This document shows, in pieces, positions 36,782 through 44,978 of a stretch of 64,000 bases of DNA (its first letter is position 1; the number at the start of each line of letters is the position of its first letter). A model generated the notes under the pieces. It saw only the letters and a program-made list of their open reading frames with translations, did no database searches and was not told the origin of the DNA. Location: positions 157,994-221,993 of the forward strand of contig CBFIJH010000001.1 of assembly GCA_965662895.1 (NCBI GenBank), read 5' to 3'. The DNA is from Candidatus Poseidoniaceae archaeon. GTDB taxonomy: Archaea > Thermoplasmatota > Poseidoniia > Poseidoniales > Poseidoniaceae. The position numbers and the translations under genes are program-made.

Positions 36782-38974
36782 ATGGCAGTTCGACCGTTGT
36801 TTGTGTTCGTATCAATTGGCCTGCTGATTGCTTTGTCAGGAACGACGCTCGTTGAAGCGCAAGAACAGGACCAGTCTGATGAAATCGTACGAATCGTGAT
36901 GCTGCCTCCTGAAGCAGAAGCCACGGGAATGTTTGTCGACGAGCAAGGTCGATTTTTTGTCAACGCCATGCATCCTGACCCAGACGACTACAAGGCAACC
37001 ATCGGCGTCATCAACGGTATTGATTGGAACAGCCTCTCTAATACGATTCCTTCACTCGATTCATCGAGTCAACCGAGTGATGTTTGGCATGGAATTCGAA
37101 CGAGTAGTGGGGAGTATCAAGTTCTTCTCCAATCAGGTGATTTGATGACGGATGGTACGCTTGCTGGCGGAATTTATTCTGTCGATGACGGTCAACAAAT
37201 TCTCCTAAGTGAAAAACCAGATTTCAATGCATTCGTTCCAACTGAAGATAATGGGAGCAGAGGGTTCCTCTACACTGCATGGGAAGATCGACCGGCCGGA
37301 CTGAGTCAAATCCAAATCGAGTGGAACATGTCGTCCAATCAATGGGATGTTCTCGATAGTCAGATGCTCAATCTCTCTAAAATAAATGGGGCTTGGGTTC
37401 TGTGTTTCGGGAGTGTGAGCCCATGGGGTACACCGTTGTTCTCAGAAGAATTGTATTTTGACGATACTGAAAACTGGAACAATCCGAATTTCCGGTACCA
37501 TTCCGATCAATTGCGACTCGAGCGTTACCTTGGTTACTATCCAAATCCGTACGATTATGGATTTATCATCGAAATGAACGAAGCGACCACAACAACGCCA
37601 GAACTTGTTCGACATCTTGCTATGGGCCGATTTTCACACGAAAATGCCCTCGTTATGCCGGACCACAAAACGGTTTACTTGACCGATGATGGATACGAGA
37701 CGGTGTTGTTCAAATTTGTTGCAGATGTTCCGGGGGACTTGACGGAGGGAACACTGTTCGCTGCGAAACTCATTCAAGATGGTTCATGGGACGCATCGAT
37801 CACAGGCTTCGATACCGAATGGATTGAGTTGGCTTCAGCTTCAAATGCGGACGTCCAATCTTGGATTGACGAATACGATGGAATTTCCACAACCGACTAT
37901 GTGGAAGGAGAAAATGCATACATTACGGACGAGGAGATCAACAATTGGGCTGAGGGACGTTTGAACCAAGACCTGAACAACGATGGAATCGTCGGATACG
38001 CTCTCGATGACCGTGTCGCATTTCTCGAATCACGAAAGGCTGCTGCGGCGATCGGGGCGACCGATGAATGGAACAAAATGGAAGGTGTTGCATTCAACGA
38101 GAATGCTCCCGAGCACATGTATCTGGCCATGTCCAATATTGGCAATGCTATGACAGATGGTCAAGGCGATATCGACGTCTCGCTTAACTCCTGTGGAATC
38201 GTTTACAGAATGGCTACTGACAACCAATGGGATGTTCACCGAATAGAACCGGCCATTGTTGGTGGACCGTATCTCTCTTCAGCGGAATACAAGTGCAGCA
38301 TCGACAATCTCGCAGGACCTGATAACATCCTTGTCCTCGACGATGGAAGCGTATTGGTTGGTGAGGACACCAGATATCATAAGCACAATATGGTTTGGCT
38401 TTGGCGAGAATTCATCAATCCTGTCGTTGAAGTCGATGAACAAATTCGAATCACAACGTTAAATCTTTCAGACAATCCTTCCTCCTTGGTTTCTCCATGG
38501 ACATACTCATACCAAGCTGTAGTTGATGATCTGGCCTTTGATACCACCTACACAGCAATCGTTGTTGCAAAGAACATCAGCAGTGGGGAATGGAGTGGTG
38601 TTTGGTGGTGGAACGATATTTCTGAAACCGGTCAACAATACAATCTTCAAATTTCTTTGAACAGAGGATGCTATATGATCGAAACTACCCTTTACGAGAA
38701 AGACGACTTGGATGTAGATGCTGGGAATGCGACAGTTCTCTCAAGTGTTCAAAGAAACCTCACGGTAGGCAATGGGGATTGTGTCGATGGAACCTATACT
38801 GAAGCGGTTGAAGTCGAATCAGTTCCTAAAGACACAATCGAATCAAACAACGCTCCAGGCTTTGCTTTTACTCTTCTCAGTGCTTCCATTTGTTTGGGAT
38901 TGTTCTTCGCAAATCAGGAAAGAGAACATACTTGCAACAACAACCAAGTTCAAGAGCAACCACCAATTGAGTGA
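36782..38974 (+). CDS. Secreted beta-propeller-like protein (possibly DUF839/PhoX-like) with a PGF-CTERM-like C-terminal anchor.
   Basis: Signal peptide MAVRPLFVFVSIGLLIALSGTTLVEA; start set at 36782 because the upstream frame overlaps cobB. The C-terminus reads NNAPGFAFTLLSASICLGLFFANQEREHTCNNNQVQEQPPIE, i.e. PGF + TM helix + a 20-aa acidic tail. Confidence 0.55.
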   Translation: MAVRPLFVFVSIGLLIALSGTTLVEAQEQDQSDEIVRIVMLPPEAEATGMFVDEQGRFFVNAMHPDPDDYKATIGVINGIDWNSLSNTIPSLDSSSQPSDVWHGIRTSSGEYQVLLQSGDLMTDGTLAGGIYSVDDGQQILLSEKPDFNAFVPTEDNGSRGFLYTAWEDRPAGLSQIQIEWNMSSNQWDVLDSQMLNLSKINGAWVLCFGSVSPWGTPLFSEELYFDDTENWNNPNFRYHSDQLRLERYLGYYPNPYDYGFIIEMNEATTTTPELVRHLAMGRFSHENALVMPDHKTVYLTDDGYETVLFKFVADVPGDLTEGTLFAAKLIQDGSWDASITGFDTEWIELASASNADVQSWIDEYDGISTTDYVEGENAYITDEEINNWAEGRLNQDLNNDGIVGYALDDRVAFLESRKAAAAIGATDEWNKMEGVAFNENAPEHMYLAMSNIGNAMTDGQGDIDVSLNSCGIVYRMATDNQWDVHRIEPAIVGGPYLSSAEYKCSIDNLAGPDNILVLDDGSVLVGEDTRYHKHNMVWLWREFINPVVEVDEQIRITTLNLSDNPSSLVSPWTYSYQAVVDDLAFDTTYTAIVVAKNISSGEWSGVWWWNDISETGQQYNLQISLNRGCYMIETTLYEKDDLDVDAGNATVLSSVQRNLTVGNGDCVDGTYTEAVEVESVPKDTIESNNAPGFAFTLLSASICLGLFFANQEREHTCNNNQVQEQPPIE

Positions 38975-38977
38975 ATT

Positions 38978-40507
38978 GTGGGTCAGAAATCGCTCTCAGA
39001 ATTGCGGTGGCAATCTCGTTTTCTTGATGAGACTCCTGGAGATACGGAGGTGGGTGGTCAACCTCGACAAGTTCCAGGCGTATGCTGGTCAAGGGTTGAG
39101 CCAACCCACGTTCCAAAACCAGTGTTGCGTTTGTGGTCGAATGAAATGGCTCAATCCCTCAACCTGAAGAAAGGAGAACCTACAGTTCTTGGAGGAAACC
39201 AAGTGGTAGAAGGCATGGATCCATACGCACAAAGGTATGGAGGACACCAATTTGGGAATTGGGCAAATCAGCTCGGAGACGGTCGAGCCATCACACTCGG
39301 TGAAGTGGATACGGGAACGGAGGTGCTCGAACTGCAATTGAAAGGGCCAGGGAAAACACCGTATTCTCGTTTTGCAGATGGTAAGGCGGTCTTGCGCTCC
39401 TCAATTCGTGAATTTCTTTGCAGTGAAGCCATGCATCACCTTGGTATTCCCACAACACGAGCCCTTTCGTTGGTCACAACAGGAGAACATGTTGTTCGTG
39501 ATGTCATGTATGATGGAAACCCTGCCCCTGAACCCGGAGCCATTGTTTGTCGCGTTGCTCCAAGCTTCATTCGTTTTGGTTCCTTTCAGATTCATTCCAT
39601 GAACGGTGACAAGGAAACGTTGCAAAAACTAGTTGATTACACCATTAAGCATCATTTTCCTCAACATAGTTCATCGGATGAAGAAGGAATCGTCAAGTGG
39701 TTGAACCAAGTTGCTCAGGAAACAGCCAACATGATAGCGCATTGGATGCGTGTTGGATTTGTCCATGGTGTCATGAATACCGACAATATGTCCATCCATG
39801 GCCTAACCATCGATTATGGACCGTATGGATGGATAGAAGATTACAATCCAAATTGGACACCAAACACCACAGATGCACGCACGGGCCGTTACCGATTTGG
39901 TCAACAAGCACAAATTGGGGCGTGGAATCTTGCCCGACTGCTTGAATCGATAAGTCCACTTCTTGAACACCCTGAACGATTGTATGAATGCTTGGAGACG
40001 TACTACAATGCATACGAAGAGCAGAACAATTTGATGTGGATGCAAAAACTTGGACTTCGAGAATTCAAGGAAGATGATGCTGAATTGGTACGAAGCCTCA
40101 CATCCAATCTTCAACTGGTCGAAACGGATATGACGATTTTCTTTCGCCTGTTATCATCCATTGATGAACCAGAAATCACCTCCATCCATTCGGCGTTTTA
40201 TGATGTTGATTCCATACCAACGGCCGAATGGAATCAATGGCTAGAGGCTTGGTGGACGCGTGTCGAGGGTCAGCCAGATCGCAATGCAATGAAATCAGCC
40301 AACCCAAAATACGTCCTTCGAAACTGGATGGCCCAACTCGCTATCGATGCTGCGGAAAAGGATGATTACTCGGTTGCAGAAGAATTGCATGAACTACTAA
40401 AATCTCCATACGATGAACACGAAAAGCATGAAGAGAAATGGTTCCAAAAACGGCCAGAATGGGCACGCCATCGGGTTGGATGTTCGATGTTATCGTGCTC
40501 GAGTTAG
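38978..40507 (+). CDS. selO: Protein adenylyltransferase SelO (YdiU/UPF0061).
   Basis: YAQRYGGHQFGNWANQLGDGRAITLGE and LKGPGKTPYSRFADGKAVLRSSIREFLCSEAMHHLGIPTTRAL are near-invariant SelO motifs. GTG start. Confidence 0.85.
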   Translation: MGQKSLSELRWQSRFLDETPGDTEVGGQPRQVPGVCWSRVEPTHVPKPVLRLWSNEMAQSLNLKKGEPTVLGGNQVVEGMDPYAQRYGGHQFGNWANQLGDGRAITLGEVDTGTEVLELQLKGPGKTPYSRFADGKAVLRSSIREFLCSEAMHHLGIPTTRALSLVTTGEHVVRDVMYDGNPAPEPGAIVCRVAPSFIRFGSFQIHSMNGDKETLQKLVDYTIKHHFPQHSSSDEEGIVKWLNQVAQETANMIAHWMRVGFVHGVMNTDNMSIHGLTIDYGPYGWIEDYNPNWTPNTTDARTGRYRFGQQAQIGAWNLARLLESISPLLEHPERLYECLETYYNAYEEQNNLMWMQKLGLREFKEDDAELVRSLTSNLQLVETDMTIFFRLLSSIDEPEITSIHSAFYDVDSIPTAEWNQWLEAWWTRVEGQPDRNAMKSANPKYVLRNWMAQLAIDAAEKDDYSVAEELHELLKSPYDEHEKHEEKWFQKRPEWARHRVGCSMLSCSS

Positions 40508-40510
40508 AAT

Positions 40511-41209
40511 CTATTCTTCTTCCCATCCATGACGTTGGGCAAGGTCACGACTTACCAGCGGATTGTTGCAATGCGGACATGTATCCTTTGGGGACAACAA
40601 GTCTGGGCGGATAGCCAAGACCGCCATGCATGTTGGACATGCGGCGAGCATTTCACCATCCTCTAAGTCAGCCTCCGGCGTTGGTACAAACGTCGTATAT
40701 CCTTGTCGATAGAGAGGGGAGAAGTGATAACGGACGCGCTGAAAGGAACTGTACGATGCATAACCCATGATGAGCATAAACAACAAACCTCCGACCGCCC
40801 CAGCAAGAACCGAATACAAATTTATCAAAAACAACAAGAAGAATATCACAGATGCGCAAGCAATAATCAGTGCTGCAGGCCAATATGCCCAACCGTTCCT
40901 AGAGCGATACGAAAACCACGTTGAAGTTGTGATAAACAAAGGAACTGCCCAAATCAGTAGCGCACCTCGTCCGATGTATGTTTGTGCGATACTTGCAAAG
41001 TCCCAAGCGATGAGGACAATGATGAGACTATCAATCGCTAGGATAAGTGAAGTGCTTCGATGGGTTTGATCAAACAAAGCAGACAACGTTGCGGAAGCAC
41101 GTTGACCTCCGGAACCTGCCAAGACGATGTCATCGCCTCTGTTGCCTGCCATGCACCCACCAATCAGCCACCTCACATGAAGGCTTGTGAACAGCGAAGA
41201 AGTCTTCAT
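40511..41209 (-). CDS. Polytopic membrane protein with a C-terminal cytoplasmic zinc ribbon.
   Basis: Five or six TM helices, then CPTCMAVLAIRPDLLSPKDTCPHCNNPL. Start set at the internal ATG at 41209, because the longer upstream frame is Cys-rich junk antisense to coaBC. Confidence 0.45.
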   Translation of the reverse strand: MKTSSLFTSLHVRWLIGGCMAGNRGDDIVLAGSGGQRASATLSALFDQTHRSTSLILAIDSLIIVLIAWDFASIAQTYIGRGALLIWAVPLFITTSTWFSYRSRNGWAYWPAALIIACASVIFFLLFLINLYSVLAGAVGGLLFMLIMGYASYSSFQRVRYHFSPLYRQGYTTFVPTPEADLEDGEMLAACPTCMAVLAIRPDLLSPKDTCPHCNNPLVSRDLAQRHGWEEE

Positions 41210-41230
41210 GGTCCATGCACTCGGAATGGT

Positions 41231-42427
41231 ATGAGCGTCCGTGATACCGACGTTGAGAGGAAGGGTTCCAGTCTCTCTGGTAAGCGCATCCTCGTTGGTG
41301 TCACGGGGGGAATCGCTGCAGTCGACACGGTCCGTTTGCTTCGCGAAATGCGAAGACATGGAGCCGAGATGCTTGTAATTATGACAGAAAGTGCACAACG
41401 AGTTATCACGCCTCTTGCTGTTGAATGGGCAAGCCAATGCCAGGTCATTACAGACTGGGATGGCGATATGAAGCAATTGGAAGATGTGGATGCGATTCTT
41501 GTTGCACCTGCAACACGCAACACCATTGCTGCACATTTGCATGGTATGCAACAAGGGCCTTTGCTCATGGCATTAAGCGCAGCAAGATCGAGAAACACAC
41601 ACGTCTTGATGGTCCCGAGCATGCATGCGGACCTTGCAGAAGACCCTGTGACCGACGACATCGTTGATCGTCTGCGAGACGATGGTATCGACGTGATGTG
41701 GGGAGACCTTGAGGAAGGAAAACGAAAAACTCCGAATCATGAACATATTGTAGCACGTTTCGCCCATGGAATCCACTTAAGTTCAAAATCGCGAAAGAAT
41801 GTCGTCATCACCTTAGGCGGTACATATTCACCCATCGATGATGTCCGAGGCATCCAGAACACAAGTTCTGGGGCCACAGGTTATGCTATTGCTGATGAAT
41901 TGTATCGATATGGCCACGATGTGACCTGTGTTGTTGGAAAAACAAGCGTCCGGGAACCATCGTGGTTACCGCTTTGCATTCGAGCTGAACAACCGGAGCA
42001 AATGCTTGCTGAGCTCTTTGCACTATCGAACGATGACATCGACGCTTGGGTTCACACTGCTGCAGTCCTTGATTACGTTGTAGAAAAGCCTGCACAAGGA
42101 AAACTTGCGAGCCAACAAGGACCTCTTCAAGTTCATTTGGTTGAAGGTTCGAAACACATTCAAGAATTGAAGGAAAAAGTGCGTGGTTCGACACGTATTG
42201 GTTTCAAACTTGAAACTGGGATTAAGCAACGGGATCTCATTCATCGAGCGACGGCGCAAATCGAACACTCCGGAATGACAGCTGTCGTTGCCAACCGATT
42301 GGAAGATCTCGGTGACCCTTCAAAACCTCGGGGCTATCTTGTCGACAAGCAAGGCAGTCATTTCGTCCTCGAATCAGAATTCGACCTCTGTGATGCCCTT
42401 CGAACCATTATCGAACGAGGGGATTGA
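41231..42427 (+). CDS. coaBC: Bifunctional phosphopantothenoylcysteine decarboxylase / phosphopantothenate-cysteine ligase.
   Basis: A flavoprotein domain (GKRILVGVTGGIAAVDT, PATRNTIAA) and a CoaB domain (ITLGGTYSPIDDVRGIQNTSSG). Start at the internal ATG at 41231. Confidence 0.85.
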   Translation: MSVRDTDVERKGSSLSGKRILVGVTGGIAAVDTVRLLREMRRHGAEMLVIMTESAQRVITPLAVEWASQCQVITDWDGDMKQLEDVDAILVAPATRNTIAAHLHGMQQGPLLMALSAARSRNTHVLMVPSMHADLAEDPVTDDIVDRLRDDGIDVMWGDLEEGKRKTPNHEHIVARFAHGIHLSSKSRKNVVITLGGTYSPIDDVRGIQNTSSGATGYAIADELYRYGHDVTCVVGKTSVREPSWLPLCIRAEQPEQMLAELFALSNDDIDAWVHTAAVLDYVVEKPAQGKLASQQGPLQVHLVEGSKHIQELKEKVRGSTRIGFKLETGIKQRDLIHRATAQIEHSGMTAVVANRLEDLGDPSKPRGYLVDKQGSHFVLESEFDLCDALRTIIERGD

Positions 42428-42428
42428 T

Positions 42429-43034
42429 GTGCGCCGTTTTGCAATCATTGGACATCGAGCCATGAGCAAGGGAAAACTTCCACTCAACGACCTCGCAGGT
42501 GGTGCTGGAAGAATGGATGTCCTGATTCGTGCAGTGATGTCCGCATTGCTTACATCGCACGGTTTACGTCCTGATGTTGAAGTCATTTTGCATCTTCAAG
42601 GTGGCCCAGGCCCACATCGTAGGTTGAAATTTGTAGGATCTGAACTACGAGGTTTTCATGCTGAAGAACGAAGCGTTGCGGGTCTGATTGCAAAGGTCCT
42701 ACGCGAACCTCTACCTGCGATTGGTCAATGGGTTGAGCGAACTCCTGGACTCTACGATGGAGGAGGTCAATTATCGCAAACACTTCGAGACTGGAGCGAT
42801 TCGACACTCATACGTCTTGATGCTGATGCCGAGCGACTGTGGAAAGAGGAGAGTGTGATTCCAACACAGTCCGAAAGAAACCAACAGTCGATTGCGTTTT
42901 TACTGTCGGACGACCAACCCTTGAAGTCTCAAGATGGGGTTGCACGTTCCCTCGGAACAACATGGTTGCAGGGCCATCATGCCATTGCAATCTGCCATTT
43001 CTTACTTGACGAGGGTGTTGAACTCAACCTTTGA
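42429..43034 (+). CDS. trmY: tRNA (pseudouridine54-N1)-methyltransferase TrmY (SPOUT, DUF358).
   Basis: A GTG start gives MRRFAIIGHRAMSKGKLPLNDLAGGAGRMDVLIRAV, matching the TrmY N-terminus (MREFIF....DLPG..GRLDLLCR). It begins 2 nt after the coaBC stop. Confidence 0.7.
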   Translation: MRRFAIIGHRAMSKGKLPLNDLAGGAGRMDVLIRAVMSALLTSHGLRPDVEVILHLQGGPGPHRRLKFVGSELRGFHAEERSVAGLIAKVLREPLPAIGQWVERTPGLYDGGGQLSQTLRDWSDSTLIRLDADAERLWKEESVIPTQSERNQQSIAFLLSDDQPLKSQDGVARSLGTTWLQGHHAIAICHFLLDEGVELNL

Positions 43035-44001
43035 ACCAGGCAGGGTAACCTTTCCCGTCTTGGTCAAGTGCGTGTGAGAGTAATTCATCATCCAATGTAA
43101 GCGGGTGAGTTCGTGGCCAATTTGGAAGTGAGGAAATGCTTGCATAACCCGCAGTAACTGCATCACAATCTCCTTGTTCAACAACATCCGTATCGATGTA
43201 GGCGGCTCCAATCGTGAAAGTGGTTTCAACAGAACCCATTTCATTCTCAGAGAATTGAACTGCATTGCGATACCAGCGCATTCCCAATCGAGTCGTCTTG
43301 TACTTTCCATTCCACTCGGGGGGAACATTCAGATTGAGCATCAACTCGCCATGATGAAATGCATCGAGTAATTGCTTTCCGGCTTCTTGTTTCGTTCGCG
43401 CTGTTGAAGCATGAGGCCATGATGAAACATGAGGTGCATTCGCATCGATGTGCGGTCGACAAAGATTCTTTGGAATCTTAGGAACAAGGGTTAAGACATG
43501 TTGGACAAATTCGACCGTTGCATCGATACCAACCTGCATGCCAGATGGATCGAATGATGTGTAGGAACTTGCTACGGCTGGCATCCCATACAACCCTGCT
43601 TCTCGAGCAGCACCCATCGTACCACTATGATAGGAATCCTGGGAAAGATTTGGTCCAAGATTGACACCTGAAACAACAAGCGAAGGTTCGATATGTGGCA
43701 AAATGTGCTTCACTCCACCATCCAATGCGACAATCATCGTGTCGCAAGGAGTTCCATCGAGACTGTACAAGTGTACGCCTACAGCGTCATCAAGACCCCA
43801 CTCTTGAATCAAGTCGTTTCTGTTGTGAAGGTTGATTGGTATACCGAGATTCAATTGCATACTACACGCTGATTTGTTGGTTGAAGGAGCAAAGGCGACC
43901 AGTGGTATTCCAGCCTTGTTTAAGGCTTTGACGAGACCCTCAAAACCCGGAGCTTCAATACCGTCGTCGTTGGTTAACAGGACCCATTTCTCTTCCGTCA
44001 T
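43024..44001 (-). CDS. surE: 5'/3'-nucleotidase SurE.
   Basis: LLTNDDGIEAPGFEGLVKAL...VAFAPSTNKSA, the canonical SurE N-terminus. Confidence 0.85.
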   Translation of the reverse strand: MTEEKWVLLTNDDGIEAPGFEGLVKALNKAGIPLVAFAPSTNKSACSMQLNLGIPINLHNRNDLIQEWGLDDAVGVHLYSLDGTPCDTMIVALDGGVKHILPHIEPSLVVSGVNLGPNLSQDSYHSGTMGAAREAGLYGMPAVASSYTSFDPSGMQVGIDATVEFVQHVLTLVPKIPKNLCRPHIDANAPHVSSWPHASTARTKQEAGKQLLDAFHHGELMLNLNVPPEWNGKYKTTRLGMRWYRNAVQFSENEMGSVETTFTIGAAYIDTDVVEQGDCDAVTAGYASISSLPNWPRTHPLTLDDELLSHALDQDGKGYPAWFKG

Positions 44002-44978
44002 TCTATCTCCACCAATCCATTGACATTATCAAGTGATGTTTGGTTCATAACGTGTTCTCCATAGACGATTGAAAGGATACCGAGGAGAAGAATAGGTCCA
44101 CCAATCCACGTCCAAAATCCCGGTATTCCCGTTGAGAAAAACATCCAACCAATGATTGAACCGAGAACGGGTTCGAGAGTGACACTGATCGAAATGAGCA
44201 GTGGTGAGACGTATTTTAGACAATAATTGAGACCGGTATGACCTAAAATCCCTGCAATCAATGCGAGAAGAACGAACCACAGAAGCGTATCGTGGGAGAA
44301 ATATCCAAATGCGCCATACTGTGAATAGTCCCATTCCAAGAACCAGGAGGCTGGGATGAGAAGCAGACCTCCGAGAAGTGTTACTGGAAACGCATAGAGG
44401 AACAATGGCATCCATTCACGCAGAATACGGCCACAAACAATGTAGCCGACCACGAAAACTGCACCGAGGAATGCAAGTTGATCACCAAAGAACGTTACCG
44501 ATCGATCTCCCTGAACGTCACCTGCATCAAGCATTGAAATAGCAGCTCCTACAAATGCAGCAATCCCTCCAATCAGTTCCAAGCGGTTTGGTTTTCTCAC
44601 AAAAAAGAACATCCCAATGAGAATCACGAGGGGATGAGCCGTTACAAACAGCAAGGAATGGGTCAAAGATGTATAATCCAGTGATGTGACCCAGAAACCG
44701 AAATGGAGGGCGAGAAATGCCCCACTACCAGCGATAATCTTCAGTGTCGTTGGTTGGAACAACTTAGACTTCACCTCCTGTTCGATGGAGGTATACTGAA
44801 GAAAGGCGAGAGGAGCAAGAATGAGGGCTGTTAATTGCAACCGCCATGATGCTCGCAAAAGTGGAGGGATTTCGTCAACATGTGTGAAAATCGCTCCAGC
44901 GCTTGACACACCGCATATCGCCACACCGAGGACCAACCACACGTGTGCTGGGACTGAGCCATTTGGCATGTCGGTCAC
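43998..44978 (-). CDS. DMT-superfamily (EamA-like) permease.
   Basis: About 10 TM helices with duplicated EamA-like halves. It overlaps surE by 4 nt. Confidence 0.55.
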   Translation of the reverse strand: MTDMPNGSVPAHVWLVLGVAICGVSSAGAIFTHVDEIPPLLRASWRLQLTALILAPLAFLQYTSIEQEVKSKLFQPTTLKIIAGSGAFLALHFGFWVTSLDYTSLTHSLLFVTAHPLVILIGMFFFVRKPNRLELIGGIAAFVGAAISMLDAGDVQGDRSVTFFGDQLAFLGAVFVVGYIVCGRILREWMPLFLYAFPVTLLGGLLLIPASWFLEWDYSQYGAFGYFSHDTLLWFVLLALIAGILGHTGLNYCLKYVSPLLISISVTLEPVLGSIIGWMFFSTGIPGFWTWIGGPILLLGILSIVYGEHVMNQTSLDNVNGLVEIE

